39,404 bases of DNA. Origin: Eubacteriales bacterium (GTDB lineage: Bacteria > Bacillota > Clostridia > Oscillospirales > CAG-382). The stretch is taken from positions 1-39,404 of the forward strand of contig JAZRPU010000253.1 in NCBI GenBank assembly GCA_045649365.1, read 5' to 3'. The translations under genes and the position numbers were made by a program. Under the pieces are notes generated by a model. That model worked only from the letters and a program-made list of their open reading frames with translations, did not search any database and had not been told where the DNA came from. Position 1 is the first letter of the stretch. Each line of letters begins with the position of its first letter. Positions 23,608 through 29,963 of this stretch are shown one piece after another.

Positions 23608-25842
23608 TTATTTGTAAATGTCAATATTACCGAGGAAGTAGCCTTTGATTTGGATATAGTCTGTTGCAGATATTGCTCCATCACCATCAGTATCGGCTGC
23701 TTTGAAATATTCATTCTCTAAAGAATAAACGTTGAGGAAAACACGTTTTACGTTAAGATAATCCGTTGCGGTAACATCTCCCGAACCGTCTACGTCGCCT
23801 TTAATGATAATGGTATATTCGTTTCCGTCAGAGGCTTTAACTTTACAGCCCGTACCTACAAAAGCGGTACTGTCTAAAGCGTTTCCATCTTTATCTGTTA
23901 TCACAGCGGAAATACCATGATTTCCAAGAGCGGAAACTATTTCGGAAGCGGTTGTTTTTTCAACAACGTTGGGCATTGTGTTATTTGCGCTGTCGAGATA
24001 ATGTTCGCTTTCGGGGTCTATTGGCAAGAAAGTGTTTACCGTTACTGTTGCAGATGCTTCTGCACCGGGAACTCCAATGAGTCCTTCTGTTGCTGTTCCT
24101 TTAACGTCTTTTGCCTCAAATACAAGGTCTGTGTTTGAAGGCACGCCATCAAGAAGGCGGAATTGAATTGTAATGATGATGTCTTCATCGTTTATAAGTC
24201 CGTTATATTCTTCACCGGGCTTTGCATTTGCATATTGGAGAAGGTCAAGGAATCTGAGGTGATAGTATTTATTATCAGGTTCGTATGTACAAATCTGTTC
24301 ATAACGCGGCATGAGGATTTCTGCAGTGCCTGTTTGCATTGTGTACATAGGAACTTTGGTCATGAATACATCCATGGGTCTTTCTGATTCCTGAACAACG
24401 CCTTCAACAAGCGCGGGGTCAAAGGTGAGAAGAAGCTCGATAGTGCAAAGCTCTTCTTTGATGTCTTTAATAGAAAGAACTACGTCGATAATAGAGCTGT
24501 CTTCGGCATTGATTGATGCGCTCATGTTAAATCCAAAGTATTTGTCTTCGGGAAGTATTTCTTCAGAGGACTCTTCAGAAACAATGGCATCTTCAGAAGA
24601 CTCTTCAGAAACAACAACGTCTTCAGAGGACTCTTCAAAAACATTTTCATTTCCAAAAACCTGTATTTCTCCAACGGTGAGAACGTAAGCGGGGTTTGTA
24701 AATTCAACTTGAATATAACGAGCTGAAGCAGCTTTTGTGGGAGCATAAGTGTAGCTATAGCTTGGTCCTGCAAGCAATTCTTCATCTGTAGTGTATGCAG
24801 AGAAATAGTAGAAATTGTTTCCATCCGTGGAAGTCTTAACTTTTGCGGAGTATTGACGGTTACCGTCTATTACAATACCGCTAACAGTAACTCTTTTAAT
24901 GTCCGTGAAAACTTTGCCTAAATCGATTGTAACAAGGTTTACTGAATTTGTTCCAACAAAAGCAACGGTTGCACCTGATGTTTCATAAAAAGGAATCAAT
25001 CCGTCTGTAAGCATAACTCCGTCATCTTCCTTGCCTTCAAGGAAAGCACCGCTTACAGTATAGCTTTTGCCTTCTGCATAGTTGTATTCGGGGAAATATT
25101 CAAAAGAGATTTCTTCGGAGCTTTCTTCGGAGCTTTCTTCTTCATCACCTGAAGCACCAATAGAAACAAAATCAATTCCGTTCTCCTTGGCATAAGCTTC
25201 CGCTGCGGAGCCTTCTTTGCCGCAAATATTTTCAAGAGCAAAGCAGCAACCAAAAGCATCTTTTCCGATAGTTTTAACGGAAGAGGGGATGGTTATTGTT
25301 TTGAGGGATTCACAAGTGTAAAATGCATTTTCTCCAATGTAGGTAATGGAATTAGTAAGAATTACATTTTTAAGGGAGAGGCAATAGAAAAAGAGTTGAC
25401 CTTCAATTTTTGATATTGAAGAGGGAATTTCTATTTCTGTAAGGCTTGAACAAAAACCAAAAGCAGAGTATCCAATAGACTTAACGGATTCGGAAATTGA
25501 AACTGTTTTAACGTTTGTAAGCTCATAGAATGCATATTGGCTGATAGAGGTAACTCCGTCTTCAACAACTATTGAAGTAATCGAGTCTTTTTGGAGATAC
25601 CAAGGGGTGCGGTTGAGCATGTCATAAGTTCTCATTTCTCCATCGCCGGAGATAATGAGAGCACCGTTTTCAATAGTCCATGAAAGATTATCTTTATAAT
25701 AATCTGACATATCTCCAACACCTATAACGCCTTCAAAAACGTTTTCGGAATTAATACCACTTGCTAAAGCTGTTATGGAAAAAGCCGATAAAAGCATTGC
25801 AAGAGATAAGAAAAGGGATAAAATTTTGCGTGTCTTTTTCAT
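23608..25842 (-). CDS. Secreted modular protein: BspA-type leucine-rich repeats, discoidin (F5/8 type C)-like module, cohesin-like module, X-module, dockerin
   Basis: Signal peptide (ITALA/SG). LRR_5-type repeats (SISESVKSIGYSAFGFCSSLTEIEIPSS..., IGENAFYTCESLKTITIPSSVKTIG). ARYIQVEF...VGEIQVFG is discoidin-like. C-terminal GDVDGSGDVTATDYLNVK / ADTDGDGAISATDYIQIKGY. Confidence 0.85.
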   Translation of the reverse strand: MKKTRKILSLFLSLAMLLSAFSITALASGINSENVFEGVIGVGDMSDYYKDNLSWTIENGALIISGDGEMRTYDMLNRTPWYLQKDSITSIVVEDGVTSISQYAFYELTNVKTVSISESVKSIGYSAFGFCSSLTEIEIPSSISKIEGQLFFYCLSLKNVILTNSITYIGENAFYTCESLKTITIPSSVKTIGKDAFGCCFALENICGKEGSAAEAYAKENGIDFVSIGASGDEEESSEESSEEISFEYFPEYNYAEGKSYTVSGAFLEGKEDDGVMLTDGLIPFYETSGATVAFVGTNSVNLVTIDLGKVFTDIKRVTVSGIVIDGNRQYSAKVKTSTDGNNFYYFSAYTTDEELLAGPSYSYTYAPTKAASARYIQVEFTNPAYVLTVGEIQVFGNENVFEESSEDVVVSEESSEDAIVSEESSEEILPEDKYFGFNMSASINAEDSSIIDVVLSIKDIKEELCTIELLLTFDPALVEGVVQESERPMDVFMTKVPMYTMQTGTAEILMPRYEQICTYEPDNKYYHLRFLDLLQYANAKPGEEYNGLINDEDIIITIQFRLLDGVPSNTDLVFEAKDVKGTATEGLIGVPGAEASATVTVNTFLPIDPESEHYLDSANNTMPNVVEKTTASEIVSALGNHGISAVITDKDGNALDSTAFVGTGCKVKASDGNEYTIIIKGDVDGSGDVTATDYLNVKRVFLNVYSLENEYFKAADTDGDGAISATDYIQIKGYFLGNIDIYK
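23611..24537 (-). repeat. Cohesin-like / X / dockerin module, copy 3 (aa 436-744 of the 744-aa protein)
   Basis: Same module in the neighbouring gene (FGFNMSASINAEDSSIIDVVLSIKDIKEEL...). By eye about 75-80 percent nucleotide identity to copies 1 and 2 in the core. Confidence 0.8.
24561..24650 (-). repeat. Three tandem 30-nt units encoding the linker (EESSEDVVVS)x3
   Basis: Plus-strand CTTCAGAGGACTCTTCAGAAACAATGGCAT / CTTCAGAAGACTCTTCAGAAACAACAACGT / CTTCAGAGGACTCTTCAAAAACATTTTCAT. Confidence 0.8.
24652..25107 (-). other. Discoidin / CBM32-like beta-sandwich module (aa about 246-397)
   Basis: Flanked by acidic linkers. The terminal ARYIQVEF....YVLTVGEIQVFG resembles the last strands of F5/8 type C domains. 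Confidence 0.45.
25111..25146 (-). repeat. Tandem 12-nt units (TTCTTCGGAGCT x2 plus a partial unit) encoding EESSEESSEE
   Basis: Direct reading of 25111-25146. Confidence 0.7.
25228..25590 (-). other. BspA-type LRR region (aa about 85-205)
   Basis: Repeats of about 23 aa with the pattern I..SV..IG..AF..C.SL..I.IP. Confidence 0.7.
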
Positions 25843-25962
25843 AGTTGTCCTTTCTGCTGTTTAAATCAGCTATAAAATTCATAATAAAACAATGACAGAT
25901 GAAAAATGCTGTTTTTAGTGTTATTCAATAAATTGTATTATGCACAAATTCATCTATGATAC

Positions 25963-25991
25963 ATTATATCATGCATGCGTTTAAAATGCAA
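25963..25991 (-). promoter_or_regulatory. Sigma-A promoter of the 744-aa dockerin gene
   Basis: Minus strand: TTGCAT (25991-25986), 17-nt spacer, TGa-TATAAT extended -10 (-10 hexamer 25968-25963). Leader of about 115 nt. Confidence 0.65.
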
Positions 25992-26062
25992 GTTTTTTGA
26001 TCTAAACAATATTAATTTTACAAGTTTATTGATTTTTTATCATTAAGAGTTAATATTGATTT

Positions 26063-26100
26063 AAAAAAACAAAAGCCGCGCTTACATAAATAAGCACAGC
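26063..26100 (-). terminator. Rho-independent terminator after the transglutaminase-like dockerin gene
   Basis: Minus-strand RNA forms a 10-bp stem (two G-U pairs) with a 6-nt loop, followed by UUUUGUUUUUUU. Confidence 0.55.
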
Positions 26101-26115
26101 TTTAATATATAGATA

Positions 26116-27480
26116 TTATTTTAACATCAATGCTTTAATAGCAAGATAATCTGTTGTATCAATTTCCAAGTCATGATTATAATCCGCCGCGGCAAAGAAT
26201 AGTGAATTAAAGGAGAACAGCTCTAAAAATGCGCCTTTTATTCGAAGATAGTCTGTTGTAGATATGTCTCCGCTTCCGTCGGTATCTCCCGAAACGTAAG
26301 CCCAATATACGTTATGAAGCTGGGAATTGATAATGTCGCCCGTTCCAATAAAGCAATTTGTTTTTATTTCTCCGTTGCTGTCGGTTACAAATGCGGTTTC
26401 ATCATCAAGCAAAGCTTTTATTCCCTCAACGTCTGTTTGTGGCGGGCATTGATAAAGGTTGACTGCTTCTACGTGAAAAATTGAACTTGCGGTATGTTTC
26501 CCATCTGTTGCTTCCACTAAAACGGAATATTCTCCCATTTCATTTAGCGTTATACTGATTTCTTCGCTTTTTAGTGACGTTCCTATGCATTCTCCGTCTT
26601 TTATTTCATCGTTGGCGGTTGTATTTCCGTTTATTATATAAACGGTGTACGTTATACCATTATTGTTTTGAGAAACGTCGGGAAGCAAGGTTACAGCTCC
26701 GCCAGAATAAACGTATATGGTATTACCGTCGGAAAGTCCGTTCAAAAGGGGAGCGTGTACCCCTTCGATTTGAAACCCTCCGAATTCCGCCATGTCATCT
26801 GCTCGATTGAAGCCTTTAATCTTTCCTGAAAGTTGAGAATCCGTTTTGCAAAAACGATATTTCCCCACAGTTTTATCAGCAGTTCTATTTGTTATGTTAT
26901 CTTCTACTTGCGGGTCGAAATTATACCAAACTCCGTCAATCAGAACGCTTACCCAAGTGTGCCCTGTATATCCTCCACTTACGGTGCTTGTCTGCCCAGT
27001 TATCGTGTATGCTTCAAATCCAATAGCACGAAGCATTATCATGTAAAGGGCAGAGTAATACGTACAAGCACCTACCTTTAATTTTAAAATTCGCAATGCT
27101 CTGAAAACTTCATAAGCATCGTCTGTGGATTTATATGGGACTTCGTTAAGAATTGGATATATGTCTTTGTTTATATGTATGAGGTAGGAATTATCATATT
27201 CAAAGGTTTCTACCATATATTTGTATAAGTACCACACCTTATCGTATGTGGTCATTTCTGACGTGAATCCTTCTGCAAAGATTTCTTCAATCTGACTGTC
27301 AAGAGATTTATATCCTGTTTTTATAGGATTTAACTCTGCTCCGTTGAGAAGCTCTTTTACGGATAACGCTTTTACGTTCCTATCTGATACATGAATAAAA
27401 ACTGTAAGCGTCAGGGCAAAAGTGAGTAAAAAAGCAATTAATCTGTTCCACGTTTTAAAAGTTGTTTTGATTTTTGCCAC
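26116..27480 (-). CDS. Transglutaminase-like cysteine enzyme with N-terminal signal/anchor, Ig-like middle region and C-terminal X-dockerin
   Basis: Cys-His-Asp core (VGACTYYSALYM, GHTWVSVL, WYNFDPQ). C-terminal GDTDGSGDISTTDYLRIK / ADYNHDLEIDTTDYLAIK. GTG start only 12 nt after the ogg stop codon. Confidence 0.8.
   Translation of the reverse strand: MAKIKTTFKTWNRLIAFLLTFALTLTVFIHVSDRNVKALSVKELLNGAELNPIKTGYKSLDSQIEEIFAEGFTSEMTTYDKVWYLYKYMVETFEYDNSYLIHINKDIYPILNEVPYKSTDDAYEVFRALRILKLKVGACTYYSALYMIMLRAIGFEAYTITGQTSTVSGGYTGHTWVSVLIDGVWYNFDPQVEDNITNRTADKTVGKYRFCKTDSQLSGKIKGFNRADDMAEFGGFQIEGVHAPLLNGLSDGNTIYVYSGGAVTLLPDVSQNNNGITYTVYIINGNTTANDEIKDGECIGTSLKSEEISITLNEMGEYSVLVEATDGKHTASSIFHVEAVNLYQCPPQTDVEGIKALLDDETAFVTDSNGEIKTNCFIGTGDIINSQLHNVYWAYVSGDTDGSGDISTTDYLRIKGAFLELFSFNSLFFAAADYNHDLEIDTTDYLAIKALMLK
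26119..26289 (-). other. Dockerin module of the transglutaminase-like protein (aa 398-454)
   Basis: Two EF-hand-like loops, each followed by a DYL.IK helix. Confidence 0.7.
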
Positions 27481-27492
27481 TTCCTTTTTTAT

Positions 27493-28329
27493 TTATTGTT
27501 GAGTGAGATATCTTTCATTATAAAACAAGAACTGTTGAGCTATGCCTGCATATTTTCCAAAATATTCGGGAGTAAAGGAGCTTCCGTAATATTTTTCAAT
27601 AACTCTTTTTATCCATACATCAACAGGGAATGCTTCGGTGAATCCAAGCCCGAAAAGCAAAACGCAATCGGCTACTTTTGGACCAACGCCTTTAATTTGC
27701 ATCAACTGTTTTTTCGCAGAAGAGTAGTCTGTTTTCTTTAAGGCGTTAAAATCGGTTTCACCTTTAACAACAGATTCTGCCGCTGAAATTATATATTTTG
27801 CGCGGAATCCGCTCTTTATTGGGGCAATACCGTCAACTCCCAAGGAATATACCGCTTCTGCGGTGGGGAAGGCTTTCATTTCGCAACCTTCCACATCATC
27901 ACCGCACAATTCACAAAGGCTTGACACTATTTTTTTGATTCGCGGGATGTTATTGTTTTGAGAAATTATAAATGAACAGAGCGTTTCCCAAGGCTCTTGA
28001 TTCATAACACGGATTCCTGTCGACCGTTCAAGTGAATTTTTTACCGTTTCATCAAAGGAGACTGATGATATGATGCTTTCGTAATCCATATCCAATGCAA
28101 AATATGACATAAAGCGTTCTTCAAATTCTGTTTTCGACAGGTTGGGGATAAAAATATCACCGTTTTCAAGCTGTTCAAGGCGAAGATATTTTCCAAAAGC
28201 AACTCCGTGAAAAACGCCTTTTTCATCTTTTTCAAAACGAAAGCATTGCCCACAATCAAGCGTTCGTTCAACGTTGAATAATTGGGGAGAGCATATTTGC
28301 ACCCCGCCATTTTTATATGAATATTCCAT
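27493..28329 (-). CDS. ogg: 8-oxoguanine DNA glycosylase / HhH-GPD family (OGG1-type)
   Basis: HhH-GPD motif IKGVGPKVADCVLLFGL followed by FPVDVWIKR (catalytic Lys/Asp arrangement), 278 aa. Confidence 0.85.
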   Translation of the reverse strand: MEYSYKNGGVQICSPQLFNVERTLDCGQCFRFEKDEKGVFHGVAFGKYLRLEQLENGDIFIPNLSKTEFEERFMSYFALDMDYESIISSVSFDETVKNSLERSTGIRVMNQEPWETLCSFIISQNNNIPRIKKIVSSLCELCGDDVEGCEMKAFPTAEAVYSLGVDGIAPIKSGFRAKYIISAAESVVKGETDFNALKKTDYSSAKKQLMQIKGVGPKVADCVLLFGLGFTEAFPVDVWIKRVIEKYYGSSFTPEYFGKYAGIAQQFLFYNERYLTQQ

Positions 28330-28363
28330 TTAATCTTCCTTTCTGAATTTTTAAAAGGAGTTT

Positions 28364-29200
28364 TTATGAGTTGTATTGCTTGAGAATCTCGTCTTTCTTT
28401 GGAATTGACGATACAGCATATTTCCGAGTTACGCTGATTCCCGCTGCGACGTTAGCAGCATACACGGATTCTTTCATGCTGTGTCCCGCACCTAAAAAGG
28501 CGGCAAGTGTTCCGTTGAACGTATCGCCCGCTCCCGTTGTGTCAACAACCGTGTCAACAAAAACTGCGGGAACGGATTCTTGAGTATCTTTAATAAGACA
28601 GCCTTTTGAGCCTAAAGTTACAATTAAATTCTGTTTGTTCTCCAAAACAGATGCTTCAAATTCATTTGGTGTGAAGAGGGTAACGTTTTCAAGCAGATAT
28701 GAACATATCGCTCTGGCGGGTGCGGGATTCATAATTATTTTGACATTATTTTCTTTTGCAATTTTTGATGCTTTAACGTTAACTGATTCGGGAACTTCGT
28801 TGTTTATTAATAAAATATCTGCTGTGCGGATTTCGTTTTCAAAAGCATCAACGTCATTTTCACAAAGGGTAACGCCTTGAAAAACAGTAACTCTTGTTTC
28901 TCCCGATGAGTTTGTTATTATAGAAGCGTATGCTGTATTACCTTCTTTAATGGGTAAAAACGCTTTAACATTTTCTTTTGTGCAGAATTGATTTACTTCT
29001 GCATAATAATCATTTCCAACAGCTCCCAAAAAAGAAACTTCTGCTCCTGCTCGTGATGCGGCAATTGCTTGGTTAAAGCCTTTTCCGCCTGGCTCAAAAT
29101 GTATATCTTTGGCAACAATTGTTTCTCCGCCTTTGTGGAAATCATCAACGGATAAAAAGGCAGAATTTCCCACAAGTCCTATAACAGCAATTTTGCTCAT
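28364..29200 (-). CDS. PfkB-family (ribokinase-like) carbohydrate kinase
   Basis: N-terminal GGKGFNQA motif and C-terminal DTTGAGDTFNG anion-hole motif, 278 aa. Confidence 0.85.
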   Translation of the reverse strand: MSKIAVIGLVGNSAFLSVDDFHKGGETIVAKDIHFEPGGKGFNQAIAASRAGAEVSFLGAVGNDYYAEVNQFCTKENVKAFLPIKEGNTAYASIITNSSGETRVTVFQGVTLCENDVDAFENEIRTADILLINNEVPESVNVKASKIAKENNVKIIMNPAPARAICSYLLENVTLFTPNEFEASVLENKQNLIVTLGSKGCLIKDTQESVPAVFVDTVVDTTGAGDTFNGTLAAFLGAGHSMKESVYAANVAAGISVTRKYAVSSIPKKDEILKQYNS

Positions 29201-29898
29201 AGATGTTTTACCCTTCCAAAATATGTGTTCTCCAAAACAATATTGTGTTCTCTTCCGCCTTCAACGTTTCCGCTTATATAAATAGGAGGTTGAAAACCGT
29301 TTTCCAAAGCAAGCTTTGCACCGTTAATAAGACATGAATTGAGAATAAAGCAATTGGTTGCGGTAGAAAGTCCACCCATTGAAAGCTCACCAACTGAAAT
29401 GCAAGCATCACCGTATGGAACTTTGCAGTCTATATGTATATCTACATTCAAATGGAGAAGTCCCCCTTTTTCAAAATAGCTTGAAGAAGATATACCAACG
29501 GTTTTTATTCCCGCTTCTTTGGCTATTTGTGCCATCTCTATGGGAACGTTATTTTTCCCAGATGCTGAAAAAATGAAAATCATATCGTTTTTGGATACAG
29601 AGTATCTTCTGAATACCTCGTATGCGATACCCTTCATTTTTTCCATTCTGCTTGACTTTGCCGCTCCGTTGTGGAGCATTAAATCTGTATCAAGCATGGG
29701 AGAAACGTTTGCAAGTCCTCCCGCTCTGTAAAATGCATCAAGACCCGGTAAATGGGAATGTCCGCATCCGAAAGTGAAAATCAAGCCTCCGCTTTGTATT
29801 GTTTCTCTGACAAGCTCGCTTGCTTGATTCAGCTTTTCGCTTTCTTCGGTTTCTATTTTGCTTAAAATGTTTGTTATTTTAGAAAGGTATTCAGACAT
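29197..29898 (-). CDS. SIS (sugar isomerase/phosphosugar-binding) domain protein, UPF0309-like
   Basis: Single SIS fold (IFTFGCGHS ... IFIFSASGKN). I chose the start at the ATG 6 nt after a GGAG RBS (the track start at 29910 has no RBS). The stop codon overlaps the kinase start by 4 nt. Confidence 0.75.
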   Translation of the reverse strand: MSEYLSKITNILSKIETEESEKLNQASELVRETIQSGGLIFTFGCGHSHLPGLDAFYRAGGLANVSPMLDTDLMLHNGAAKSSRMEKMKGIAYEVFRRYSVSKNDMIFIFSASGKNNVPIEMAQIAKEAGIKTVGISSSSYFEKGGLLHLNVDIHIDCKVPYGDACISVGELSMGGLSTATNCFILNSCLINGAKLALENGFQPPIYISGNVEGGREHNIVLENTYFGRVKHL

Positions 29899-29920
29899 AT
29901 ATAGCTCCATGGATTGATTT

Positions 29921-29956
29921 TTAAAATCGGGGCGACAAATAAGTTCGCCGCCCCGT
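29921..29956 (-). terminator. GC-rich hairpin terminator ending the galU-to-Zn-protein transcription unit
   Basis: CGGGGCG / CGCCCCG-type stem (29928-29936 / 29947-29955), followed on the minus strand by AUUUUAAAAA. Confidence 0.5.
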
Positions 29957-29963
29957 AGAAAAA

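Noticed and set aside
21493-24387. Three similar plus-strand ORFs (21493-21843, 22894-23175, 24163-24387; M.CNNEV.IVDKSVIFFTFFCS...) that look conserved
   Set aside because: Their similarity only reflects that they lie antisense to the three copies of the repeated cohesin-like module. They are Cys/Phe-rich, have different lengths and ends, and have no RBS.
27478-27495. Possibility that ogg and the transglutaminase-like ORF form one read-through fusion protein (same frame, one TAA between them)
   Set aside because: A fusion would bury the hydrophobic export/anchor segment behind a 278-aa cytoplasmic glycosylase. A single TAA with no recoding signal is more simply a normal stop codon. I kept only the coupling idea as a finding.
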